A stretch of DNA of 64,000 nt, taken from contig OX597830.1 of NCBI GenBank assembly GCA_951406725.2, positions 15,500,001 through 15,564,000 on the forward strand. The letters are read 5' to 3'. Below are positions 1 through 14,624 of this stretch, piece after piece. Within the stretch, counting starts at the first letter, position 1. Each line of letters begins with the position of its first letter. Source of the DNA: Octopus vulgaris. Its lineage: Eukaryota. The notes under the pieces are model-generated. The model saw only the letters and a program-made list of their open reading frames with translations, made no database searches and was not told the DNA's origin. The translations under genes and the position numbers were made by a program.

Positions 1-645
1 AAGTCTTGCGAGTCGATTTGGAAGACGGAAACTGAAATAAGCCCATCATATATGTATGTGCGTTTGCGCGCGCGCGCGCGTGTGTTTGTGTGTGTGTGTA
101 ACTGTGCTTATGGATCTAAGTGCATGAATCTTTGTGTTTGACTCGCGCCATCACCTGACAACCAGTGTTGGTTTGTTCACGTCCTCATTACTTATTGGTT
201 GAGCAAAAGACACTGATAGAATAAATAACAGACTTTAGAAAATAAGTATTGGGTCAATTTGTTCGACTAAACTAATGGTTCAAAACCGGGGCGCATGTAA
301 GACTTTTGGGGGCCCACATAAGCAAAATAGTAAATAGGGGATGCACAGTAGTATATTAAGGGTCCATGTTACTTTGGATGCATTTACTGCGAGAAACAGT
401 AAGGTTTCTTTCGCTGACATTTTACATAATTTAGCTTACACCGGTTAATGAGTGTAAAACAAAATAGGTATTTTGAAAGGGGCATCAATAGAACTAGTAG
501 AATGGCTATGGGGGTCCGCCAGAATAGAACCGTAATCAAAGGGGTCCATCAACAAAAAATGGTTGAAAATCACCGGGTAAACCTTTGAAGACGGAGTTCC
601 AGCATAGCCGCAGTCCAATGAATGAAACTAGTTAAAGATAAAAGG
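1..645 (+). mobile_element. SINE family A copy (diverged, truncated by window edge, interrupted by a hAT-like MITE)
   Basis: Aligns by eye to the intact copies at 2310-2730 and 60701-61066: gatttgg..gacggaaactgaaa..agccc, internal TG tract, tail ccagcat.gccgcagtc.aatga.tgaaac.agt. Confidence 0.8.
273..575. mobile_element. hAT-like MITE nested inside SINE A
   Basis: Degenerate TIRs taatggttcaaaacc / ggttgaaaatcaccg resemble CAGTGGTTCTCAACC. The interior is the reverse complement of the element at 60495-61139. The SINE resumes on both sides with a partial TSD (taaac). Confidence 0.7.
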
Positions 646-835
646 TATAACATGGGATATCCGTACATGCATAACCATACCTTGATGTATAGCGATAAAT
701 CGTGTTTTAGCTTCGATCTCTGTTATGTTTTTTTAAGAAAAGATATATTAAATACTGTTGTCTTAAATCCAGTGTACCTGACAATAAATAGGCAGGAAGA
801 GGCCATGCATACAAGCATGCAAGTATGCCTGCATG

Positions 836-1437
836 TATGTAGGTAGGTAGGTAGGTATGTGTGTATGTATATACATACATATATATGTATATGTGTGTGT
901 ATATATATATATTCATACATATATAAATATATGCATATATATATATATATACACACACGCATATACACACATACATACATAATACATACATACATACATA
1001 CATACGTACGTACATACATACATACATACAAACATACATACATACGTACGTATATACATACATACAAACATACATACATACATACATAATACATACATAC
1101 ATACATACATACATAATACATACATAATGCATGCATACATACAAACATACATACATACAAACATACATACATACATACATACATACATACAAACATACAT
1201 ACATACAAACATACATACATACATACATACATACATACACACATATATACATACATGCATACATACATACATACATGCATGCATACCTACATTCATACAT
1301 ACATAATACATACATACATACATACATACACACACACATACATACATACATACATACATACACACACACATACATACATACATACATACATACATACATA
1401 CACACATACATACATACATACATACACACATACATAT
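836..1437. repeat. compound (TACA)n/(TA)n microsatellite
   Basis: Seen directly. Confidence 0.95.
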
Positions 1438-1573
1438 GCCTTTGATCAGGGCTGATAGGACTAAAGAACATTAAAAATAAAAGCAAAAAAAAAAAACAAA
1501 TATGGAAGCTATTGACTGCAGAATGCCTGTCTATACATAACCTTCATTTGCAGATGCACGCGCGTACAGAAGC

Positions 1574-1720
<147 letters not shown>

Positions 1721-2114
1721 GTCATATCCATATTCCGTTTCCCTCACATACGCACAATAATGAATTCAGTTATTGGCACGACCCCAGAACGTGTAGGGAA
1801 GGGAAGGGAAGGGATGGATATAAAGGGAGCTGCAATCGATTTGTGTGTATAACTAATACATATTTTATCGATCTTCAGTCTCGTTTGAACTCAGAACAAA
1901 GAGCCATTTCCTCCGACTATGTCCTACACAACTCCGACCACATAGCTTTCCTGACCGACACGGAAGCACACACACGCACACACACACACACACATGCACA
2001 CATACACACACACACACATGCACACACACACATGCACATACACACACGCATATTTATATGTATGCGTATGTGCATGTCTGTTAGTGTGAGTGTGTGTCTG
2101 TAAATGAGTGTGTC

Positions 2115-2305
2115 TTAGTGCTTGTGTTGTGTTTGTCCCCACCATCGCTTGACAACTTGTGTTAGTTTGTTTACGTCCCCGTAACACTAGCGGTTCGACA
2201 TAAGAGAACGATAAAATAAAATATCGCTTTGCTCGACTAAAAAACCCTTCAATGATGTGCCCCAGCCTGGCCGCAGTCCAATGACTGAAGCAAGTAAAAG
2301 GAAAA
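2115..2305 (+). mobile_element. SINE family A, 3' half
   Basis: tgtttgtccccaccatcgcttgacaac...ccgcagtccaatgactgaagcaagtaaaag. Confidence 0.8.
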
Positions 2306-2309
2306 TAGA

Positions 2310-2470
2310 TGGCTGTGTGGTAAGTAGCTTGCTTACGAACCACATGGTTCCAGGTTCAGTCCCACTGCGTGGCACCTTGGGCAAGTGCCTTCTACTATAG
2401 CCTAGGGCCGACCAAAGCCTTGTGAGTGGATTTGGTAGACGGAAACTGAAAGAAGCCTGTCGTATATATG

Positions 2471-2522
<52 letters not shown>

Positions 2523-2730
2523 TATGTTTGTGTGTCTGTGTTTGTCCCCCAAACATCGCTTGACAACCGATGCTGGTGTGTTTACGTCCCCGTAACTTAG
2601 CCGTTCGGCAAAACGGACCGATAGAATAAGTACTAGGCTTACAAAGAATAAGTCCAGGGGGGGGGGCGATTTGCTCGACTAAGGGCAGTGCTCCAGCATG
2701 GCCTCAGTCACATGACTGAAACAAGTAAAA
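2310..2730 (+). mobile_element. SINE family A, near full length (tRNA-derived head, CORE-like block, internal microsatellite)
   Basis: Pol III A-box-like tggctgtgtgg and B-box-like ggttcagtccc, then caccttgggcaagtg (resembles the CORE-SINE block), a (TA)/(TG) tract and the shared 3' tail. More than 10 related copies occur in the window. Confidence 0.9.
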
Positions 2731-3242
2731 CAGTATACATACATGCACACACACATACACACACACAAACACTCACGCACACATACACACACACATGTAC
2801 AACGAGTTCCATAGTAGTTTATTACTGAACCAACGCTAATTGTTTCAAATGACCATGTAGAGGCCAGTGGACGTAAATGACCAGCCTGCTCTCGTTGTCC
2901 AGCAGAACAGACAGGATGGGCAGACATCAGCGTGTGAGAGCTGTGGCTTCGGAATATACTGTACCGAATCCAAAAAAGACGCATCGTTGCTTCTGGCGTG
3001 GTTTGAACCCGTGGAGTGCAGCATAAAACTACGTCCACGTATAGACGCGCTTTTTATTCAATGTTATATAATATGCATTCTATATATATCTATGTGAGAG
3101 TATCTGAACATACATACATACATACATACATACATACATACATACATACATACATACATGCATACATACATACATACATACATACATACATACATACATA
3201 CATACATGAATATATACAGAGTTATAGGCTATATGTATGTAT

Positions 3243-3400
3243 ATACGACAGGCTTCTTTCAGTTTTCGTCTACCAAATCCACTCACAAGGGTTTGATCGA
3301 CCTGAGGTTATAATAGAGGATACTTGCCCAAGGTGCAACGCAGTGGGACTGAACCCGGAACTTTGTGGTTAGTAAACAAGCTGCTTACCACACAGCCACT
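3243..3400 (-). mobile_element. SINE family A, 5' half
   Basis: Reverse complement of 2310-2465. Confidence 0.85.
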
Positions 3401-3620
<220 letters not shown>

Positions 3621-3674
3621 ATAATTATATATATATATATATATACACACACACATATACATACATGTATAGTT

Positions 3675-3870
3675 TTGTGTGTCTGTGTTTCTCCCCCATC
3701 ATCGTTTGACAACCGATGTTGGTGAGTTTACGTCCACGTAAATTAGATTAGCAATTCGGCAAAGGAGACCGATACAATAAGTATTAGGCTTGCAAGCAGT
3801 AAGTCAATTTCTTCGACTAAAGGCAATGCTACAGCATGGCCGCAGTCAAAAGACTGAAACAAGTTACAGA
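3675..3870 (+). mobile_element. SINE family A, 3' half
   Basis: Matches the family tail. Confidence 0.8.
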
Positions 3871-4117
3871 ATAAAAGACTTTTAAAAAATATATGTATAT
3901 ATACACACTCATCATACACACATATACTTACATACAAAGATACATACGTACGTGCATACATAGGTATATACATACATACATAAATACATACATATATACA
4001 TACATACATACACACGTATATGTTTTATATATATACCAATAAAAATTTAATATACACAAAGAATATTCCTTTGTGCAAAATTGAGATAAATTACAAAATG
4101 GTGTGCGCGTGGTGTAT

Positions 4118-4156
<39 letters not shown>

Positions 4157-4182
4157 CACACACACACACACACACACAAGAC

Positions 4183-4255
<73 letters not shown>

Positions 4256-4394
4256 CACACGTTTATATATGTGGGTATGTAATATGTGTATCTATGTATG
4301 CATGTATCTATGTATGTGTATATATGCATGTATGTATCTGTATGTATGTTTTATATGTGCATGCATTATGTATGTATGTATGTATGTAATTATA

Positions 4395-4790
4395 CGTTTC
4401 TACTCAAGGCACTAGGTCCAACATTTTGGGGAAGGAGCCAGTCGATTAGATTGACCTCAGTACGCAACTGGTACTTAATTTATCGACCCCGAAATGAGGA
4501 AAGGCAAAGTCGACCTCAGCGAAATTTTAACTCAGAACATGAAGACAGACAAAACACCTATTTCTTTACTACCCACAAGGGGCTAAACACAGAGAGGACA
4601 AACAAGGATAGACAAACGGATTAAGTCGATTATATCGACCCTAGTGCGTAACTGGTACTTATTTAATGGACCCCGAAAGGATGAAAGGCAAAGTCGACCT
4701 CGGTGGAATTTGAACTCAAAACGTAACGGCAGACGAAATACGGCTAAGCATTTCGCCCGGCGTGCTAACGTTTCTGCCAGCTCACCGCCT
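4395..4790 (-). mobile_element. SINE family B: intact copy 4558-4790 plus an adjacent variant 3' fragment
   Basis: Minus strand reads ggcggtgagctggcagaaacgttagc...gagttcaaattcc (A/B-box-like), central gcctttcatcctttcggggtc..taaataagtacc, tail gtgggtagtaaagaaata. Matches 7655-7880, 29427-29661 and 42114-42347. Confidence 0.9.
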
Positions 4791-4807
4791 TCCCATGTAT
4801 GTATATA

Positions 4808-5130
4808 CAGGCGCAGGCATGGCTGTGATGATAAAGAAACATGCTTTACATCCACGTGGTTTCAGGTTCAGTCCCACTAAACGACGCCTTGGGCAAGTAT
4901 CTTCAGTCATAGCCCCAGATTGACCAATGCCTTGTGAGTGAATGTGGGAGGCAAAAATTGTGAGCAACCACGTTGTGTGTAAGTAAGCTTCGGGACAACC
5001 GGTGTTGGTTTGTTTATTAACCACCATCTAGCGATAGAATAGGTACGATGCTTAAAATAATACTGGGGTCGATTTGTTCAAATAAACCCTTCAAGGTGAT
5101 GTCCCTGCATGGCTGCCGTCCAATGATTGA
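4808..5130 (+). mobile_element. SINE family A, diverged
   Basis: Head ggcgcaggcatggctgtg...ggttcagtcccac and a recognisable tail. Confidence 0.7.
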
Positions 5131-5309
5131 CAGAAATCACACATAATATAGATGTGTGTGTGTGTATACACATGTATATGTGAGTGAGTATACATACACA
5201 TACATACACACACACACAAAAATACTTAGTTTATGCAGAATAACAAATATTTCGGAAACATTGAAACAAAGTCTATAACCTCTCTCTCACTCTCTTTCAT
5301 TCTCCATTG

Positions 5310-5360
<51 letters not shown>

Positions 5361-5694
5361 ATGTGTGAGTGAGTGTGTAAGAATAAAAGAATATAAAAGA
5401 ATACACTCACACGTGTGTGTGTGTATTGATATATATGTGTGTGTGTGTGTGTATGTATATGTATATGTAAATGCATATGTATATGTATATATATTTGTAT
5501 ATGGTGCTATTAAATTAAGACATTGCTTGGGCCTATACTGACCGAAACCTATCAAGGTTATCAAAGTTATGTGTGTGTGTGTGTGTGTATGTATTTGTAT
5601 ATATATATATGTATATACACATGTATGTACATATTTATGTATACATAAAGATATGTGTATATATGTCTGTGTGTATAAATACATACATACTTGC

Positions 5695-5725
<31 letters not shown>

Positions 5726-6359
5726 TACATATGCTCTGACGCTCTCTATAATAGAGGTGTAAGAATACAAATATGTTGAGATTCACTGAAGCTATTTGTC
5801 CAGTTCTTTGTCCAGTTGTCCGATTACATTGGCTGCAGCCATGAGTATGCTGTGATAACAGCCTGGCATGGTCTAAGATATCTAAACGAGGAAACGAGTG
5901 TCTTTCTGCTGAAGACTGACTGACCATTGCCCGTCAGTGGCGTGCGTTAAGTCGGTCGATCAGTCGTTTAGACCCATGGCCAAGAGCCTCTGCGTATGCG
6001 CGTGCGCGTGCTTATTGCTCGTATACTCACTCACGCACAAACATAACTTAAACATATTCGGACATAAATACATACATACATATGTACATACATGCATACA
6101 TACATACATATATATACATGCATGCATGGATGCATACATACATATATACATACATACATACATATGTACATACATGCATACATACATACATACATACAAA
6201 CATATACATACATGCATGCATGGATGCATACATACATACATACATACATACGCACATATATACATACCTACATACATACAATCATACATACATACATACA
6301 TACTAATTACATACATATATGTACGCATACACACAAACGCATAACTGTTATCTTTTGTG

Positions 6360-6540
6360 TGTTTCGTTCATTCCATTACGACCATGCTGGAGCACCGCCT
6401 TGAAGGGTTTCGTCGAACAAATCGACTCCAGTACTTCATTTTTAAACTTGTTGCTTCTTTTATCAGACTCTTATGCAGAACCGCTAAGTAACGGGGACGC
6501 AAACAAAGTAACACCGATAGTCAAGAAGTGGTGCGGAAAA
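6360..6540 (-). mobile_element. SINE family A, 3' half
   Basis: ccatgctggagcaccgcc...gaaccgctaagtaacggggacg. Confidence 0.8.
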
Positions 6541-6582
6541 ACACACACACACACACATAGATATATGCATGCTTATATATAT

Positions 6583-6810
6583 CTGAAAGAAGCCCGTCGT
6601 ATATATATATATATATAATATACATATATATAACATCGCTTGACACCGATGCTGGTGTGTTTACGTCCCCGTAACTTAGCGGTTCGGCATAAGAGACCGA
6701 TAGAGTAAGTACTAGGCTTACAAAGAATAAATTCTGGGGTTGATTTGTTTGACTAAAGGCGGTGCTCCAGCATGGCCGCAGTCAAAGTGACTGAAACGAA
6801 TAAAAGAATA
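6583..6810 (+). mobile_element. SINE family A, 5'-truncated
   Basis: ctgaaagaagcccgtcgta...(TA)n...ccagcatggccgcagtcaaa. Confidence 0.85.
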
Positions 6811-6812
6811 TA

Positions 6813-6850
<38 letters not shown>

Positions 6851-6952
6851 TATGATGTATATGTGTAGGTAGGTATGTTTGTATGTATGCATAGAGGAAT
6901 ATATACATATATATTTAAACATCCACACACACACACACATAATATATATGCT

Positions 6953-6984
<32 letters not shown>

Positions 6985-7011
6985 CATACATACATGTATA
7001 TATACACGTAT

Positions 7012-7076
<65 letters not shown>

Positions 7077-7654
7077 TATATGTCTATATGTATATATATA
7101 TAGAGAGAGAGACATATATAGATAGATAGATATTTATATATATACGCAGTCCTATACACTCATGCACACACATAACGTTTTTGGTGCGTATGTGTATGTG
7201 TGTGTGTGTGAGGGCGCTTGTGTGATGTCTACCACTCACTGACCTGTTCAGCACACATGACCTCACTCCGGATTATAAACTCCAGCTGACATACCTCTAT
7301 GGGTCACACAGACGAATAAAGTACCCCACACGTTATGGGATGAGTCACACTTGTGGACTACCTATCCACTTCTCTTTCCGTCGTCTCACTTAAACGACCT
7401 CTGGAACTCTTTTACTACAGTTTCAAACATTTCCTCTATATTTCTCTTCAAACACAAACACCAACGCACACTCACACTCATCGTCCTTGCTTCTAATGTA
7501 CTCCTGGTTTTAAACACCTACATACATACAGAGAAAAGTGTATGCATACTTACATACATACATGTATGCATGCACGCTTATAGACATAGTTACATACATA
7601 TACGTACATGTACGAATTAAAGATTATATATATATTATATATATATTTATATAT

Positions 7655-7880
7655 ATTTCTTTACTACCCACAAAGGGCTAAACATAGAGAGGACAAACAA
7701 GGACAAAGGGATTAAGTCGATTACATCGACCCCAGTGGGTAACTGGTACTTAATTTATCGACACCGAAAGGATGAAAGGCAAAGTCGACCTCGGCGGAAT
7801 TTGAACTCACAACGTAACGACAGACGAAATACCGCTAAGCATTTCGCCCGGCGCGCTAACGTTTCTGCCAGCTCGCCGCC
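7655..7880 (-). mobile_element. SINE family B, intact, CpGs retained
   Basis: Near-identical to 4558-4790. Confidence 0.92.
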
Positions 7881-7925
7881 ATATATTTATATATGCATGA
7901 CGTATACCTATGTGTGTGTTTCCGT

Positions 7926-8015
<90 letters not shown>

Positions 8016-8089
8016 AAAACGAATAGGAATCGAAGAAGCATTAAATATATGCTAAAGAATCTAATTCTATTAGTTTAGAAAGTTTGTCC

Positions 8090-8127
8090 TTTCGACGTTT
8101 CGCAAAAGAAGGCTCATCAAGCAAATT
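8090..8127 (-). ncRNA. degenerate minimal hammerhead-like motif
   Basis: Minus strand: tttgc-TTGATGA-GC-cttctttt-GC-GAAAC-GTC-gaaa. C3 is substituted and stem I is weak. Confidence 0.35.
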
Positions 8128-8290
8128 GGTTGATAGGAAAGTCCAACGTCACGTACAGCTTACGCAATAGACACATATATACATATATAAATATGCATAT
8201 ACATACATGCATATACACACATAATATATATATATATACATATAGATAGCTAGCTAGCTAGCTAGCTAGATAGATAGATACATACATACA

Positions 8291-8321
<31 letters not shown>

Positions 8322-8415
8322 GTACATACATACCAACATACGTACGTGCATATATGCATATGAAGATATACATATGCATACATTCAGTCAAGCACACATA
8401 CAGGCACACACACGT

Positions 8416-8449
<34 letters not shown>

Positions 8450-8450
8450 G

Positions 8451-8494
<44 letters not shown>

Positions 8495-8573
8495 TACTTA
8501 TACACATATATGTATACACGAACTTATATCCATGCATATATGTGTGTGTGTGTGTGTAAATATATATATAAAA

Positions 8574-8606
<33 letters not shown>

Positions 8607-8609
8607 CAT

Positions 8610-8648
<39 letters not shown>

Positions 8649-9049
8649 CACATACATATACATGTATTCATATAAATGTTACCATATATCAACCGATCAA
8701 TAGATCGATCGATCGATCGATCGCTCGGTCAATCGATAGAGAAAGACACAGAGAGATATATACATTGGACAGAGGCTATGCTAGAGTACCTCCATCACTT
8801 GTTCTTGTTGACCCTGGTTCTTATTTCTGTCCCTTACTTGTATTATCAATCTTTCCTTCAGTAACCCTAGTGGTGCCAACATAAACACAAACACACACCT
8901 AGAACCACACATACACACCTATTTACATGCAAACGCATGCATACCTACAGGCATACATACAAACACACATAACTTACATTCATATATACACACACATATA
9001 TATATATATACACACTCACATACACTCTCAAATACAATTATATATATAT

Positions 9050-9109
<60 letters not shown>

Positions 9110-9266
9110 GTATGTATATACACATATGAACGACAAGCGTCGTTACCCCGGGGGCTATGGGCAGGAGATATTTGCCCAAGGTGCCGCTGTAGAGGGGATT
9201 GTACCAGGAGCTCCACTGTTTAAAAGAAATATTTTATGTTGTTCATATATGTGTGCACGCGCGTGA

Positions 9267-9303
<37 letters not shown>

Positions 9304-9371
9304 AGTATATGTATATAACATCCTTGTGTACATATATAACGTATTTATAGTCATACAAAGGTATGTGGATA

Positions 9372-9436
<65 letters not shown>

Positions 9437-10361
9437 TACATAGATACATGCGCATGCACACGGTCATATGTATACATAATTTGTGTACAGTTATAGTGTT
9501 TTTTTTGCAATGCACATATAGGGGTGTTGTATTAATATAAACGCTTGTGTATACATAGTTGTATATATGTTATATATGTACATGTGTATACGCACGTGTG
9601 TGTGTGTGTGTGTGTGCGTGCGTTTATATTTGTCAATCTGTTTGCATTTATATGTATGCATATATATGCGCATGGCTGTAGGCGCATGCATGTATGTATG
9701 TATGTGTATGTATGCATGTATGCATATGTATGCATCTATATATGTATGTGTATGTATGCATACATACATGCATGTATGTGTATGTATGCATACATACATG
9801 CATGTATGTATGCATGCATGAATGCATGTATGCATGCTTGTATGCATGCATGCGTACATGTATGTATGTATGTATGTATGTATGTACGTATGTATGTCTG
9901 CACGTGTGTTTATTATTTATATTGAATTTGGGATTTATATATATGCATTTTATTTATATTCATAAACTCAAAAATATATATGGCTACATAGATTTATATA
10001 CATACATTACATACCTACCTACATATAGAGAGTATACATATGCATATGTATTATCCATGTGTGTGTATGTCTGTGTGTGTGAGAGTATAAGAGCAAGAAA
10101 CATGTCTATGCATGTATGTATATATGCACACCCTTCATAAATAGTTATGTATATTTACACACGCATATTCATATATATATGTGTGTGTGTGTGTGTGTAT
10201 GTATAAATATATCTATATCTATCTATCTATCTATTCATATATATGTATATATATATTATATTAAGGGTACTACTATTCGTAGATACCAACACGCTAAGAG
10301 GGACCAATGCGGTCAAAACTACTAAAAATAAACAAAATTTTACCGAATGCAAAACTTCAAA

Positions 10362-10617
<256 letters not shown>

Positions 10618-10883
10618 TAATACTAAACTTCATAGACACAAAAGCAGTGAAATGGAGTTTTAATGCAACCATTTTTTTCTTCTTTTTCTTTAGTTTCACT
10701 CCTAACCTACTTAATAACACATTAATTCGTCAGTATATTAAGAAATAGTCAAATATCTCTATAGTATAATAAATAATAGTGATGTCATAGATGTGTAAGC
10801 ATTTATACTATACAACAATTGTGGTTTTTTTTATTAGGTGTGTATGTGGATTGAAGACGTGAAAGAGAGGGTGGAGAAAACTC

Positions 10884-10919
<36 letters not shown>

Positions 10920-11095
10920 AGAGAGAGAGAGAGACAGAGACAGACAGACAGTAAGAGAGACGAAGAGAGACACAGAGACAAACAGAGAGGGAGAGAGAGA
11001 GAGTGACAGAGAGAGGGGGAGAGAGAGAGAGATGAAGATAGGGACATAAAGGGAAATTGGTAAACGAGAGGTTTTACATTTAAGCATATGCATAC

Positions 11096-11165
<70 letters not shown>

Positions 11166-11219
11166 TCAGACAGACAGACAGTAAGACAGACAGACAGACA
11201 GACAGATAGATAGATAGAT

Positions 11220-11250
<31 letters not shown>

Positions 11251-11253
11251 TAC

Positions 11254-11300
<47 letters not shown>

Positions 11301-11375
11301 TATATATAGATAGATAGATACATACATACATACATACATAGATACATAGATAGATACATAGATAGATATAGATAT
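11096..11375. repeat. (GATA)n/(GACA)n microsatellite
   Basis: Seen directly. Confidence 0.95.
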
Positions 11376-11511
11376 AAAGATAGCCATCAAGGAATATAGA
11401 CAAATTGACAGTTAATTTGAGAAAAACGATATAAAAAAAAAAACAAGATTGCTCATTGATGGTCAGTTAGACTGACAAGAAAGCAAATTAGAATGTGTGT
11501 ATGTGTGTATC

Positions 11512-11556
<45 letters not shown>

Positions 11557-12179
11557 CAGAGAGACAGAGATAGAGACATGCAGTTAGCCAGCCAGCCAGC
11601 CAGCCAGACAGTTAGCCAGCCAGACATACATACAGGCAGGCAGACAGACAGATGGATAAGTATATACATAAAAAGCAAACAGACAGCAGATACACAAGCA
11701 CACAGGCAGACAGACGGACATCTAGCCAGCCAGATATAGAGACAGACAGACAGACAAACAGACAGATAGACAGACATACAGACAGGCAGACAGACAGACA
11801 CTGGTCTACATAGAAGTGATAAGAGAAAGAGAGAAAAAGGGTGGAGAGATGAGATGGCACTCTACCCTGATGTACACGTTTCTGTGCTGACACAGTTTCT
11901 CATAGAGATACCTGGGTAGCTAATTCAGTATTATCAGAACAAGGGTCGCCGGAGGTGCTAAAAAGTGCAGCCAAGTCAATCGGTAAAATTGTCCTGAATA
12001 ACGTAGACACTGACCTACAAAAGACGAGATGGTCACGACTGAAGCGTCTATGTGTCTAGATCTGCCTGATCAAGGGTGTCTCATAATATAATTAGCACAC
12101 ACTGATATGCCTTCGAGGGTTCGAATTTTAGCGGGTAATTCACGAGTGCGCGCACTCACGCACTCGTTCCTACATATCA

Positions 12180-12621
12180 TCTTTTACTGGTTTCAACCAG
12201 CCCCGCTGGAGCACTGCTTTGAAGGGTTTAGTTGGACAAATCGGCCCCAGTATTTATTTCTACTTTAAAAACCAGGTATTTATTCTATCGGCCTCCTTTG
12301 CCGAACTGCTAGAATACGGGGGACGTAAACAAACCAGTACCGGTAGCGACGGACAAAAGACACACACACACACACACATATATATATATTCTTTTGCTTG
12401 TTTCAGTCATTTGAGTACGGCCATGCTGGAGCACCGCCTTTAGTCGAAGAAATGGATCCCAGTACTTAATCCTTATAGGGCTTCTACTTATTGTATCGGT
12501 CTTTTTTGCCCAACCGCTATTAAACGTCGGTTGTCAAGATATGGGGGGAGGGGCAAACACAGACACACAAATACATACATACATATATATATATGTGTGT
12601 ATGTGTGTGTCTATGTATGTA

Positions 12622-12679
<58 letters not shown>

Positions 12680-12790
12680 CATGCATACACGACGAGCTTC
12701 TTTCAGTTTCCGGCTACCAAACCTACAGCTCAAGCCAACGATACGCCGAGGTAGACCCCACATGGTTGACAAGTAAGCTTCTTAAGCCAT
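12180..12790 (-). mobile_element. two tandem SINE family A copies (partial)
   Basis: Family tails begin at about 12181 and 12390. A degraded 5' half runs to about 12790. Confidence 0.75.
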
Positions 12791-12962
12791 CCATACAACA
12801 AGCCTGCACCCGCTTTCCAACAATTATTACTTCTCGTGGACTTCGCTCTTCATAAATACTACGAGAAAATATGATTCGCTCGGTTTAATCAACTAGACAA
12901 CAAAAGCAAAATTGATGCAAGCGATATTATGTGCTATATACTGTATAAACATGTATTGTAAC

Positions 12963-12993
<31 letters not shown>

Positions 12994-12994
<1 letters not shown>

Positions 12995-13203
12995 CTCTTT
13001 TACTTGTTTCAGTCATTTGACTGCGGCCATGCTGGAGCACCGCCTTTAGTCGAGCAAATCGACCCCCGGGACTTATTCTTTTGTAAGCCCAGTACTTATT
13101 TTATCGGTCTCTTTTGCCGAACCGCTAAATGACGGGGACGTAAACACACCAGCATAGGTTGTCAAGCAATGCTAGAGGGACAAACACAGACACACAAACA
13201 TAT

Positions 13204-13262
<59 letters not shown>

Positions 13263-13423
13263 CATATATACGACAGGCTTCTTTCAGTTTCCGTCTACCA
13301 AATCCACTCACAAGGCATTGGTCGGCCCGGGGCTATAGAAGAAGACACTTGCCCAAGGTGCCACGCAGTGGGACTGAACCTGGTTAGTAGGCAAGCTACT
13401 TACCACACAGCCACTCCTGCGCC
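12994..13423 (-). mobile_element. SINE family A, full length, CpGs retained
   Basis: Reverse complement runs from ggcgcaggagtggctgtgtggtaag to gaaacaagtaaaagagt. Confidence 0.92.
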
Positions 13424-13424
13424 C

Positions 13425-13482
<58 letters not shown>

Positions 13483-14038
13483 TGTATGTATGTATGTATG
13501 TATGTATGTATGTATGTATGTACGTATACATACATATTTATATGCATGCATACATACATATATAAATAAATAGATACGTGTGCATATATGTATGTATAAA
13601 CATGCGTATGATGATAATCAGCAAAATCGTCCGAAGATCGGAAACGAGAAACGCAGCAATTGTTTCTAAAAGAAAAAGCCTTTCTCACTTCATACACTCA
13701 CACGCGCTCATGCACACACATATACACGCGCTCACACGTGCGCACACACACAAACACGTACACATACACACACAAGTTTAAGTACAACACTTCGTGTATT
13801 AGAAAACCTAAGATAAATTTAAAGTAGCTAAACCAGTTTTTAAAACTCTCGCTTTAAACCTTTAAACGAACGTAAATGCACGTTGTTATTCTCTTAGCAG
13901 AGTGCAAAATAATACACACGCGTGCACACACACACACATACACACAAATGTATGCATATATCAGCATACGTGTTTTATATTACATAAAAGTCTCACATGC
14001 CTATGTATTCTGTATGTTTGCAAGAGAAAATTGCCTTG

Positions 14039-14113
<75 letters not shown>

Positions 14114-14124
14114 TATGTAAGTAT

Positions 14125-14183
14125 ATAACCGAAGAGTTGGTGTTGTGGATTTCCACTTCGGCATCCGAAACTCAGAGTTTTAT
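14125..14183 (+). ncRNA. hammerhead-like motif with variant core (CCGAAGA) and extended stem II
   Basis: ATAA-CCGAAGA-[stem II ggtgttg..gtgg attt ccac..cggcatc]-GAAAC-tcaga-GTT-TTAT. Stem I is ATAA/TTAT. Stem III ACTC-A-GAGT is the same as in the 51470 motif. It follows a (TA)n tract. Confidence 0.45.
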
Positions 14184-14280
14184 CTTGGCTACCGAATAAT
14201 TGTCACATATTATTTTACAGATAAATTCCTCTATTTACATAATATTGAGGTCTCTTTCTTTTGTTATCTTAACGTTTTTA

Positions 14281-14324
<44 letters not shown>

Positions 14325-14563
14325 CATACACATACCTTCACACATACATGCATAAGTATATACACACATACATACATACATATAAGGACATAGTGTGTCG
14401 TATAACCGGCTGGAAACGATAGTTTCCTGGGGCTAAACAACAGTAACCCTCGTCCCTTTCAGGACAACCACATTATGTTGGCAAATAGCCTTTTACTTTA
14501 AAGAACTGTTACTGAATATCTCTCTTTGAGAGATTTAGAAGTAATACTGTTTCTCTATGTATA

Positions 14564-14602
<39 letters not shown>

Positions 14603-14624
14603 TTGTGTGTGTTTGTATAGCATG

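Noticed and set aside
680-778. Minus-strand acceptor/donor pair
   Set aside because: The phase-1 frame hits a stop, the sequence is AT-rich and there is no other support.
2820-3050. Unique block with open frames on both strands
   Set aside because: No convincing acceptor/donor pair and no recognisable peptide.
5770-5990. Unique block with a minus acceptor (cgtttag|AT) and an open phase-1 frame
   Set aside because: No good donor and no recognisable peptide, so it cannot be supported as the shared exon.
14128-14164. Minus-strand peptide STTPTL resembling a Fos-family N-terminal motif
   Set aside because: Too short, has no splice sites and runs into (TA)n. It overlaps the hammerhead-like repeat, so it is treated as coincidence.
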